DNA of 64,000 nt, taken from the NCBI GenBank assembly GCA_002633005.1, contig NMRA01000169.1:219884-283883 (forward strand), read 5' to 3'. The stretch comes from Phoronis australis. Lineage: Eukaryota > Animalia > Phoronida. Both the position numbers and the translations under genes were made by a program. Shown here piece by piece: positions 1 through 11,331 of this stretch. How positions within the stretch are numbered: the stretch's first letter is position 1; each line of letters begins with the position of its first letter. The notes under the pieces were generated by a model. The model made no database searches. It was given only the letters and a program-made list of their open reading frames with translations, and was not told the DNA's origin.

Positions 1-469
1 CGAAATCTACAGAGCCATTTCCAAGAACTTACATTTATATTTTGTAATTAGTTATGTACATTTATTGGCTACTAGCACAAATGCTAAATGTTGTACCATG
101 TTTTTTCATATTCTCATCGATTTTTCACATTCTCATCGATGCAAAATAAATGCAGTTTTATATAGTTGCTTAATTAATTAATTTAGTTGCCTTGGCTAAA
201 AGCTTGAGTAGTCATTTGAAATCAATTATCGAATTATACAATTTACAACCTTGGGACCAGATACTAGAGAAGATAACAACAGTTTTGGCAGTATGTGCTT
301 TAAATTATATTCATTCTATTATTCACAGATCTGTTTAGTTTATTTAATCAAAAAGTGAATTTTGGTTGAGCAGTTGCCTTACCAGCTTCCTCACAAGTGT
401 GTTGCTAGGCAATACGTAACCCCTCCGCTGTGTATTGCCTGAGGCTAAAACACTCCCCATCAGTCCATG

Positions 470-890
470 TGTGAATTTCATCCCGTTTCTTAATGGATGA
501 TAGGCCAAATCCGTTAATTGAAAAACAGGTTTTCACCTCGTCAAAAATACATTTTTCACTTTAAATTGTCACTTAAAAAGGCATTTTACTTTTTTAGCGA
601 TCCTCTCTGGTGGTCTATGAATATCCTTGATTAAGCACATCTACCAGAATTTAAGAACTTTGGCGAAGAATTACAAATCCACTTTCTTGGTCGGCATTAA
701 CTTTTTCACGGCTTGTGATAACCACAAAATATTTCAACAGGCGTCCCATGAGTTATGCTGCAACAAGCACAAAAGTGAGTGGAGACTGTGACCAGGCCAC
801 TGACACAGTTTGCAAAATGTAGCATGTGAAGACATCGGGAAAAGTATTGTAAGATTCGAGTCCCTTGGACCTTTTTCTCATGAACTGGCA
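470..890 (-). repeat. Interspersed repeat family A, copy 1
   Basis: Diverged direct match to 1040-1410; reverse complement of 2950-3320 and 43870-44300 (e.g. ttttcacctcgtcaaaaatacatt vs aatgtatttttgacgaggtgaaaa). Confidence 0.8.
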
Positions 891-1039
891 AGGTGTTGAT
901 TAAATTGTATCCTCATGCATGGTTTGCAACATGTAGCCCTCAGCTGGATAGATGCTACAGCACACCCCAACAGTTTCTCTACAACTCTCATCTAGTGAAG
1001 TTTAAATGGTCTATAGCCAAAATACAGTCACCAAATAAG

Positions 1040-1410
1040 TGGTTTCATCTCATCAAAACTACATTTTACACCTTAAACTGTCCCTTAAAAAGCACTTATT
1101 TTCTTCAGCGATCCTTTCTGGTTCTATACATACGAAGAAGCATGCCAATTAGTAAATTAAGATGACGTTGGTGAAGAATTCTTACTTCACTTTTTTGGTC
1201 GCCATTAACCTTTTACACTCACATAATAACCACAGTGTATTTCAATTGACATCACGCAAGTTAGGCAACAACAAGCACGAGACTGAGCAAAGCGCATGAC
1301 CTATGGCAAGACACTTGCAAAATGTAGCATAGGAAGATATACGGTGGCATTTGCAACATTTGTGCCCCTTGGACTTTTTGATTGTCAACTGGCATAATTT
1401 CGCGCAACTT
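1040..1410 (-). repeat. Interspersed repeat family A, copy 2
   Basis: Aligns by eye with 530-890 and with the reverse complement of 43870-44225. Confidence 0.8.
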
Positions 1411-1604
1411 ACGCAAGATGTCACCTGGTGAGGAAAGATCAAGTGAACCGCAACAGATTTTCAAGAACAAATTATGTTGACTAAATTATCAGAGTTGTGG
1501 TATGTGTTAATTATAATTCAATGTGCATGAATGGACGTTTTATTTGATGTTAAATATTCATAATATTTTGAGATGATTAACTTTTTATGAAGATTTTTTG
1601 GAGA

Positions 1605-1972
1605 TTTATGCCTCACACTGATCACAACGTCAAAGCTGTTATAAGTACATTTTGCACAAAGAGGGTCAGCTAAGGAGGCCGTTGATGTCTTTAATTCCTT
1701 CTATTTCGAACCAATACTCCTGTAATCAATTCTTTCTTTGGGCAATCCTTTGTTCAGTTACCCAAATTGGAAAGCGGCATTTTCCACAGTACACACTCAT
1801 ATTTAACCATGCCCACCAGGAGCGCGTGCAGTGTAAAAAATGGCCAGTTGCTGATTTGGGCAACTGAAGGAAGGATTGCTCAAAGAAAAAGTTTGATTAC
1901 GGGAGTATTTGTTTGAGTTAGAATTAAAGACGGCGTCCTCCTAAGGTGTCCCTCTATGTGCAAAGGTACTTG
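1605..1972. mobile_element. Palindromic MITE-like element, family B (right end truncated)
   Basis: Self-complementary arms (aagtac..gcacaaagaggg..aaggagg / cctcctaagg..ccctctatgtgcaaaggtactt); homologous to 4881-5315. Confidence 0.75.
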
Positions 1973-1984
1973 CCTAAATGTCAG

Positions 1985-2760
1985 AAAGACCTAAATATCA
2001 GCACTTTTATAAAATCTTACATGAAGCATAATCTGAGAAATTATGCATTTTTGTTCCACTGTAATGCATTCAATGTCCGGCACTGTCTCGTTTTTAAACC
2101 ATTGCTTCATTTCGATTTCACTGAAAGAGGGTGTAATTTAGACCCCCCAAGATGGCCTAAGATATACAATCGCATAAATCAATTATAAAAGTCGAAAACA
2201 AAATCTTTTTCCACTATGAAATCATCTCAATGAACTGACAATACACCACGGTTTCATTTTTTCATTTGTTCTAACTCAAGTCGAAACCCATTTGCGCACG
2301 TGCGTGTGTCATATCAAGAAGGCAAAAAGATGCTAAAAACTCCAGTGAGATTGCAAGAACTTTTTTAGTTATCTGCATTGATTTATCGAGACAAATTAAT
2401 GCAATAATCGGGTTACATTTTATGGATAATTTTGTTGCGCACAGAGCTGCATGTGTTCTAGCAGCAAAAATTTCAAAACAAGGAGTTGTAATTTGGTGAC
2501 ACGGTGTCCGCGGCCACATGGTTAGTCAGTTTTCAGTGGTGTGGCATATGCGGAAACATGGAGTCCGATATATAGGTTCTCCGAGGGTATGCAAATTGTG
2601 CTTTTTAAAGATCACTCAGAACATAAATACTAGTATGGCTTTCAGTGACAATAAACAGAGCGATTACGTACGTATTAAAGGAAAGTCTTGATTTCAGTAA
2701 AGAATTTACAACAACCCAATGCAAAGTGTGCCAAAACATCCAATATTTAGGTCGCTTTCA
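1985..2760 (+). repeat. Interspersed repeat family C (~780 bp)
   Basis: Collinear diverged reverse-complement match to 28706-29495. Confidence 0.8.
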
Positions 2761-2949
2761 TTGACAGACATAACAACAATGTGACTTTAATGAACAGTGA
2801 AAGGCATAATTCGCCAAAAAAATAACGGTCAGCTAGAGATGGTGATCACTGCCTACCACATACGTACACATGGAATTATAATTAACACAGGCACAAGTCG
2901 AGAGACGATTCAGTCAAGATAATTTGAACAAATCGATGAAAATCTGTCA

Positions 2950-3320
2950 CAGTTTGCTCGAGTTTCTCTTACCAGGTGCCATTTTGAGGACATCTCGCTC
3001 AGTCTCACACTCAAAGCCTTTGCCTAACTCAAGTGACTCAGTTGAAATACTTTGTGGTTATCGTGCGCGTGGTGAAAAAGTTAACGGTGACCAAAAAAGT
3101 GGAGTTGGAATTCTTCGCCAGTCAACTTAATTCTAGTAACTAAGCTTCATCGAAGATATGTGTAGTAGAAAGGCACGGAACAGCACAACTGAGTGAAGAA
3201 AGTAAGCACTTGATAGTTTTAAGGGTGGAATGTATTTTTGACGAGGTGAAAACTAATCAGTGGCTGAATTTGGTCTACCGCCCATTTAAAATACGCGGGA
3301 CGAAATTCCTACAGAAAGCG
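2950..3320 (+). repeat. Interspersed repeat family A, copy 3
   Basis: Close match to 43960-44300 (gactcagttgaaatact...aagtggagttggaattcttcgcc...gcttcatcgaagatatgt...gacgaggtgaaaact). Confidence 0.85.
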
Positions 3321-3479
3321 ATGGGAAGTATTGTAGCCCCTAACCGGCCAACAGAGGGGCTGCGTGTTGACTTATTGACTAGTCACTAGTATTGGCAGTA
3401 TTGCCGAACACTGCAGCCAACCACAAGCCTCATTTACAAAAGGAAAAAAACAAGTCTGTTGTGGTTCAACAGTTATTAC

Positions 3480-3676
3480 CTGCTGTTGTCACTGCTGAGA
3501 AGTTTGACAAGTCCCCACAGGAAGTCCTCGGAACCTGAGTGACACAAAAACTTGTTGATGGTCCGCTCTTTCTCGGCGTGAATATCGTCAACCAACATTT
3601 CTAACGCCTGGTGCGCCCGCTTGTCCCGATGCATTAGCATCGAGAAATAATCACTCGATGACCAGTTTAGCGACAT
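3480..3676 (-). CDS. First coding exon of an uncharacterised gene (helical, possibly ARM/HEAT-like); remaining exons probably lie left of the window
   Basis: ATG at 3676 (ggaagaATGT) opens MSLNWSSSDYFSMLMHRDKRAHQALEMLVDDIHAEKERTINKFLCHSGSEDFLWGLVKLLSSDNSR. Composition is protein-like, and it ends at a GT donor (AG|gtaata, intron starting 3479). No convincing second exon found in 1-3479. Confidence 0.55.
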
Positions 3677-3974
3677 TCTTCCAAGTTTACATGATCAAAG
3701 ATTTTTGTCGCCTGCCACTCCATAAAAATTGTGAAGAAACTGAAAAATTGTGTACACAAAAGTAAGTCTGTCTATTTCACCCCATCGTTTCGAAGTTGGT
3801 TTCCAATGTAAAGCTCAATGTCACGCGAGAGTTACCGAGATGGGACATTTGCCACCTGTTGGTGAAATCTCACTAAGTTGCCAGCTACCGGAAACAGGTC
3901 TTTGATATTGGAGGAGAAAAGCAGTTAGGCTTTCTTGACAACACTTCCTAAACCCAGAAACACCGTGAGAAGAA
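3677..3974. promoter_or_regulatory. Putative compact bidirectional promoter with RFX X-box-like sequence
   Basis: Two divergent ATGs are only 298 nt apart. GTTGCCAGCTACCGGAAAC at 3877-3895 contains two overlapping imperfect X-box matches. Confidence 0.4.
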
Positions 3975-6900
3975 ATGGATCAGCGAATGCTGAAAGCTTC
4001 TGCGGATGGCGATATCTCCACTATAATGAAACTTTTGCGGTTGAAATGCAAAGTTAATGTCCGTGATGAACATGGGGTCACTGCATTAGCTAAAGCTGCT
4101 GAAGGTATACATCCCGTGACAGCGTTTTCCCGCTCAGTCACTTTACCAGACGAAGGGGTCCTGAGTGCGTGATAACTTCTTACGTCTTTGTTACCTGCCA
4201 AGCACAGTCTTTTACCTGTTATGACAACAGGCACGCCAATTATCTACCAGGCTTATTGCAGACCACGTATGAACACCGTCAAACCCAGAGTGAAGGTGGT
4301 ACGAATAGACGATTAGAAGAATAGATTATCGTAACTTCGGTTGCAGTTGGGCGATTTTGGCGATTTAAAAACTAAATATGATCACCATTTGATGAGGATT
4401 TCAGAAATGCTATTGTTGTATTACTACAGGTTCACTAGCTAGGCCTCTAGAAGTACTCACCAGTTAAACACAGCTACTCAAGCTTCACTGAGTAAAACCC
4501 AATCCCTGACAGCCTGATTGCCAGCAGGATTCCCGCCAGCAGTACAAATAAAAGAAAGGCATCCAGGGAACCACAAAACTGACAAATCAAAAGACACCAC
4601 AGAAAGATAAAGGACAAATGATGTTGACTATTACAAAACTATTGGTTTATGTTAACTTTTATTTTTAAAGAGAGTTGGCCCTCTAACCATGAATGCCAGA
4701 ATGGAGTTAATAAGTCGTCATTGGTTACAGGGGTAAACTTCCCAATTTTAATTGTTGTTGGGCCATAAAATCAAACAAGTTGGGAGCAACGGGGAAACGC
4801 CGTAATGCCATCTCTACTTTGCAGTTGAAACTGTGATGCTCTCATAGAGCTTAATTTCATACGCCGGAAGCTTTTCGATGAATTATGCCTCACACTGATT
4901 AAATCTCCAAAGTCACATTGCTGTTAGTACTGTTTGTACATAGAGGGACCTTAGGAAGTAGTCAATGTCTTTAATTCCTTCCAACTCGAACACTCACTCC
5001 CGTAATGAAACTTTTTGGAGCAGTCCTTTTTTCAGTTTCCCAAATCGGCAACTGGCCATTTTTATACTGCACAGGCCAGAGGATATGATGTTATATCCTC
5101 TAGCGTGTGAAGTGTAAAATTTGGCAATTGCCAATTTGGGCAACTGCATGAACGAACGGCTGCTTGAAAAAATTGGGTTTTACGAGCGTACTGCTAAAGT
5201 ATTTATTTGAGTTGGAAGAGTTAAAGATACCAACGTCCTCCTAAGGTGTCCCTCTATATGCACAAAAGGTACTTATAGCAACGTGAAATATGGTTTAATT
5301 AATGTGAGACATAATTTGCATTTGAAGGCCCTGTGGGAGCATCAGTTAGGTCTCTCCTGCTAAGTACTTGGAGATGGTGGCACTTAGTAGGGCTGTCAAC
5401 TCATCACAGCCATGCACAAAAGTCAAAGAGTTTCACTCTCAATCAGTGTCACACCAGAGAACTAACGCTATCACTACTGAACCAATGAGCTATATATATA
5501 CTGAACATTTTCAGTTCCCACTACGGCCTTTTCCTGTTGATTCCAACTAGTGCGATTCAATAGCCCAATCACAATAAGTTATGAAGATGACTCCTGTAGC
5601 CAATATCTTACATGACTGATTAACTCCATTCTGACGCTTATCACGGTTGCAGGGACAGCTCTCTTTTGTGCGATAATTGCTCTAATCTCCAGTAAGATCG
5701 TATCTAGCCTGATTGGGTTGCACTGTTAAAATATAAGTTAAGTTATAACATATTTGAACATAAACCAATAGCATTTCTGTTCTGAATTCCTTGTCAAAGG
5801 CTGATCATGTTTATTTTTTGAATCGCCAAAATCGCCCAACTACAACCGAAGTTACGGCAATATATTCTTTCTAAATATACCAGTGATCGCACTGGGTTTT
5901 AATTGTGTCCACACATGGTCTGTAATAAGCCTGGTAGATAATTGGCTTGTCTGTTGTCATACCAGACAAAAGGTTGTGCTTGGCCATTTATACAAAGTAG
6001 CTAGATGTTATCACACACTCACAACCCTCTACGTCTGGTGCTAGGTCACTGAATGGGAGAACACCGTCATTAAGTACCACTCCCATGCAGACATAATGGT
6101 GACAGAGTACTCTGAGTTTTAACCTTGCTAACTTACTGGCAATAGCTAGAACATTATACCATCATCACAGACTATTTATTTATTTAAAGTGGTAATTATA
6201 GGTGTGTGTTGTGATTTGTCTTTGCCTCTAGATGTTGCATGGATGTTGCAGGGCAGTCAACAAGAATGTTACGGCTAGTAAACTATGAATTGAAAATTTT
6301 GTCAAATAACATAATTATAGGCTTTATCATCTAACTAACCTCCAAGGTTAGAGGTGGTGTACCACACCTGGGCTATGACAACCTTACTGCTTACAGTTGT
6401 AGGTGCTCTCATATACAAGTAATCCTATTACATGGGCGGTGCCATTTACATGACATTCACCTTATAATCAGCCTAATAATCTGATTTTTGCCCGTTCTCA
6501 TTGGCGGATATTTGTAATCATAGGTACCTCTTTGGAAAATAATCGTTTTTTCTGTTCATCTGATGAGCATGGCAAAATTTTTGTTTGTAGTATTGTGTGC
6601 AGAAAGAAAATGTCACCACCTTAATTGTCAACCAAATGTGCCAAATTTTGGTATTCAACCGACAAAGGCTCAATTATCTGGATATGAATGTAGTTGGTGC
6701 GAAACCAATAATCCAATGTTTGATACCCACTTGAGAACTTCAATCAATATTCTCATTTCTCAAAATAATGCCACAACCCTAGCTGTGGCAAAATAAAATT
6801 GGTTTTCGCCATTCACTTAAATAAGTCGGCCAGAAAACAAGCCGATTTTATTACTATATTGTTCCTCAAACTCATAGACACTACTTGTCCGTCAAATAAG

Positions 6901-7686
6901 AATACTTTTTCTATCCAACATATAAAAAGTCAGGCGTAACAAACTTGATTCCATGTATTTTGAAATTTAAAATTTCAAATCATCACTTCAAATTCCACAT
7001 TTCAAATACGTCACTTCACCTTAAGAAGTCAATTGCATAATATTTGCAAGATGTACAAAGACCAAACCTGAAATTATGAGACGCCAGGTTACAATGGAAG
7101 TACCAAAATAAAACACTGTTATTTTAAATTGAATCACTCTAAATTGATAATGCTGGCAGTTTAAAGAGAATCAATTACTTGAATGTGAAAAAAGTTGGAA
7201 TCAGCTTTCACCATTTCATGGAAAAGTTTGTGTGTGGAAAAAGGTCTCCTTGTATATTTGCTGATTTGTCGGCTACTTTATTAGGTACCTTCCTTCAGTA
7301 CTAACATCAAATCTCACCAATTTCAGACAAATCTTTTTCTTCTTTTTGAAGTCTTCTTACATTGTTACGAGTGCCAGAAGTTTTCAAAATTGTGTGTGCT
7401 TATAGATGATATACTAGTGGTATATATCTTCTGTGAAAAAATTTGAAAATTTCAGGTGTACTTTATTGGTAAGACTTTACCATACTATACAGCTTAGTCA
7501 GTACAACCCAGTCATCAGTTGGCTGGTCAAACTTGTAACAACCTTTTACTGTCATTAACTGCACAATTGACATACTGTGAAACTGAGTAATTAATATTGT
7601 TTGGCTGGGTATAACCTGAGAAGTATGTCACATTTGTCAACAAGGTAACCATGCATTTTACAGTCGGGTGAAGTCTTCACACGCAC

Positions 7687-7724
<38 letters not shown>

Positions 7725-10527
7725 GCACTGCTTTTTTATACCAATTAACACACTCAAATATTATGAACGCGATATTAAAATGTGAAGTACTTTATTCAAA
7801 ATTACTGATAAGATATACATTGCAGGAGGTCACACAGCAGTTGTAAAGATTTTGCTTGAAGCTGGAGCTACTACAGAACCAGTAGATGGCGTTGGTGTCA
7901 GTGCTCTTCACAGAGCTGCTTTAAGTGAGTATTCAGACACTGTATACGATACTAGTTCGGGATTAACACCTGGGGCATTTAAAATGAGAAAATTAACATT
8001 AGACCAAAAAACACGATGGCATGTAGGTGTATTGATGTAAGCTACAAAATATTGCCTAAATATTGGCAGTGTATAGCAGTTACAAGTGAATTGTGTGGGT
8101 TTTGATAGCTGAAACTCTCCGTGGATGGGTGTACACAAGGACGTGGGTGAAAGTCACCAAATGTGGAAATGGGGGTTAGATGACCTAACTCACGTGGTGG
8201 ACATTAAAATCCAAAGCGAGGCTCTCTGCGATAAACAAAGAGGAAATTTACATTGCGTGAGTTAATTGGCTGGTCTTTCAAGTCCAACCTGGATATTAAA
8301 TCTTAAAAATGTGTCGATAATTTACCACAGAGACGTAGAAAAATACATTAGAGAACAAGTCAATGCACCAAAGAGTTGTCTGACGAAAGAGTATAAGTTT
8401 TTTTGCGCAAAACTGTTCGAAACATGAAAAGTAAATATGACCAAACTGCGGCAATCGTCACGATAGTGTTACGGATTAGGTATTGTGCTGAATGAGGGGT
8501 TATGTTTCTTCTTGTAAATTTTTGATAATGCTTTCTACTCTAACCAGATCATCTGCCAGTGACGAGTTGAAGATATATTCAAGATATATTCGACAGTTTT
8601 TCATTGCATTTTACTGTCATGTGCAATTAGTCACATCTGGTTTAATTTGTTGATCAACAGTATTAACATCAAGCATATAGCCTATGTCCTGGTGAGCTAG
8701 GGACTACCGGGACTGACAAGTGATTTGTCATTGATCTGAAAGAATAACTGACGCTATTAAATATATTTTTATTAAAATAAAAAACAGGCTCGTAATTGAA
8801 AATAAAAATTTTTTGACCATTTTTAACTAGTTTTGAAAAAAAAACAAGCACAGCCTCAGAAATCGCTTTGTATTATATCCACTCCCTTGCACACATTCAC
8901 AAGTAATTATTTGACCATCAATTCTGCTTTCTTGGTTTTAATAATTCTTATATACGTCTATTTCATGTGTTAGGTTTCAAATATCAATCTGGACCAAGTT
9001 GAATTTTAAAATTAAAACACCTAACTCGTTCGTCCAAAGCATAACCTTGTTTTTTAGCTCAATTTCAGTTAACTGCACAGAGCAAGCATAGTTATCATGT
9101 TTCTTCAGGGGCCTCGTTCATCCGAGGAAAGGTGCTTGTGTGCCTTCGTGAGAGGGGCACTTTTTCGACGAGTGAGGAGAAAAATCTACCTCCCGGTCAT
9201 CATCAATAGCACACCAGCCCTGTGCTCTTTCAAATTGTCACCTGGGTGGATACATGTGATTTGAGCTTCGGAGTGAACACTAGGATAATTTTTAGAGCCT
9301 CCTGGGGGGAATTTTGGGGGATTTTTCAATATTTTTGAGAGGCAATAGGGCTGATATACGGCCCCAAAATCGAGGGATTGAGGGCCCTGTCTTTTTAGAA
9401 AAGAAATATGCATCATCATTCAACCCGTCATGAAAACAAAGCCTGGCTGACCCAAGATTCTCCGGTCGTTGCTATGACGCTCAGCAACTGAGATGCGACA
9501 AAATAGGCCTACATGATCCAACTTTCCGAAAACATTTATAAAATTTTACACCATATTTTCTTTCATCTCGTGTATGGCAACAACCCAACGCTTCCGAATC
9601 TCAACGTCCTCAGGGCTTGTAAAACAGACAGTTGAATGTCCGTATTTTTTCTAGCTGTTCGAGCAACGCGGAATACAACCAGTATGCCGATAAGCCAACA
9701 GAGCTATTGTAGCGAGCCTCGTTTTGGAATGCGCCTCCTGTCAGCGTGAATTAGGTCGATATTCGAGTTTAGAAACGTTAGGTGTGTGTGTGTGTGTGTG
9801 TGTGCGTGTGTATGTGTGTTAATCTAAGAACAGTAAGATACTCTCCTAGAAAGGCACTTCTTGTTTTGAAAGCATGTTAAAATCATCGCTGGTCAGTTTC
9901 TGCAGTAGTTTCTGCAGTAGTTTCTGCAGTAATACTTGATGTCCTGACAAGAGCTCATTTGTAGTAGGCTCATTTATGCTGAGATAAACCATCTCGAACT
10001 TGATTTTCCTCATTTTGCGTTAATATCTGAAAACGCGTAATATATCCAAAATTTCGCGAGCTATAAAAATTAGGAGGGCATCAAATATTTCATTTCAACG
10101 TAGTCCTAAGGTGGCACTATGTAGCACAGTATTATACACCATGTGCATACACGGGTTTCAAGAGAAAGCAAATTGAATGTTTTTCACGGTCTTATGCACA
10201 ACATGTATACAGTCAGTCAATCATATATTTGCAGACAAACAAACCAATGTAGTTCAGAGCCTTGTACGCCACGGAGCTGATCTGGTGAAAAACAATAAAG
10301 ATGGATTCACTCCCATTGACTTCACAGACTATAAAACAGAATTATGGGATACGTTACATCGAGCAAACAAAGGAATAATACCCGCAGAAGAGGTGGAGAT
10401 TAGCGATGTTCCCGTTATACCTGAGTATGCCATCAAGGTGAAGGAGAAAAAGAGTAAAACTGGGAAAAAAGGGAAAAAAGGGAAAAAGGGTGGGAAAAAA
10501 GGCAAGAAAGGAAAGAAGAAAAAATGA
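3975..10527 (+). CDS. Small ankyrin-repeat protein (173 aa, ~3-4 ANK repeats) with a Gly/Lys-rich C-terminal tail; 3 coding exons
   Basis: Exons 3975-4104, 7826-7924 (99 nt, one ANK repeat) and 10235-10527, with GT..AG introns and matching phases (1,1). ANK motifs: VNVRDEHGVTALAKAAEGGHTAVVKILLEAGA, DGVGVSALHRAALNKQTNVVQSLVRHGAD, NKDGFTPID. Ends GKKGKKGKKGGKKGKKGKKKK*. Confidence 0.88.
4115..6070. repeat. Long diverged inverted repeat (arms ~4115-4805 and ~5521-6070) enclosing a palindromic MITE
   Basis: ccaattatctaccaggcttattgcagacca pairs with tggtctgtaataagcctggtagataattgg; gtaacttcggttgcagttgggcgattttggcgatt pairs with aatcgccaaaatcgcccaactacaaccgaagttac; cagaatggagttaat pairs with attaactccattctg. 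Confidence 0.85.
4881..5315. mobile_element. Complete palindromic MITE-like element, family B (~435 bp)
   Basis: Termini aattatgcctcaca / tgtgagacataatt. Self-complementary along its length to an apical gaggatat-gatgtt-atatcctc hairpin at 5079-5100. Confidence 0.8.
7678..7722. repeat. (CA)n microsatellite
   Basis: Direct reading. Confidence 0.95.
9782..9818. repeat. (TG)n microsatellite
   Basis: Direct reading. Confidence 0.95.
9896..9931. repeat. 12-bp tandem repeat x3 (gtttctgcagta)
   Basis: Direct reading. Confidence 0.85.
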
Positions 10528-11331
10528 AGAAGGAAATTAACTATGAACATTTTTGTGATACTCTGTAAAGAACAGTGGTTCAAATAGCAACAAATCAAGT
10601 TTCTTGGCATGTGATTAATGCAATGTGAAATTAATGTGCAATGGTGTTGGATTTTAACAGAAAACAGGTGGACAAAAACGTGTGGAAACACATGAGTGGT
10701 TTAGAAATATTTCACACGATCTTCGAATTATTCGAACAAATTTTATTGGATAGTCTCTGCACCAACAAATTGCAAACCATCAAACTATTTTGGACTGCAT
10801 AATTCGAATGCAAAGCACCAGCAGAGTCTGACATAACTAATACGCTGTACAAACACAATCATCAACAATTATAATAAACTGGGTAAAGCCACGTAATAAG
10901 TCGCTTTTTTGTTGTGATAATGTATGGTTATACAGATAATGTATGGTTATACAGATAATGATTAAATGTAAAATTGTAACAATCCACTTCATTATCTTCA
11001 TTTTCACAATGCGTGTTTTTTTAATAAGGCCCTTGTGATCAACACCTTCCAATTTTAAGATGACTTCACTCAAATCCATGAAAAGGAGTTTTTTTAATTA
11101 GCAGTAAACAGCAAATCTGTTATAAAACATGAAATTTTAGTCTGAGTGTAAACTGCGGTGAAAACGTATCTTGAGGTTTCTGAGCCAGGTATCTCCTATC
11201 TAAATTCTCTTAAAAATATTGCTAGATGCACAAGACATTTACACCACAATGCAACGTGTCATAATGAATTCTTTCAACACAATCTCCCATAAGAGATAAA
11301 CAGTCATAGGGAGCACTCTAACTCCATGACA

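Noticed and set aside
383-445. Candidate second exon of the minus-strand gene (ttttag...gtaagg)
   Set aside because: The frame required by the phase-2 donor hits a TAG stop, and the region is a small hairpin next to a repeat.
9106-9389. Possible hAT-like MITE (caggggcctc ... gagggccctg)
   Set aside because: Only a 10-bp imperfect TIR, no clear TSD and no second copy in the window.
3975-10527. Ankyrin gene as gankyrin/PSMD10 forming a proteasome-chaperone cluster with PSMD5
   Set aside because: Too few repeats, no recognisable gankyrin sequence, and a Lys-rich tail that gankyrin lacks.
10329-10691. 120-aa Phe/Pro-rich minus-strand ORF
   Set aside because: Antisense shadow of the Lys/Gly codons in ankyrin exon 3.
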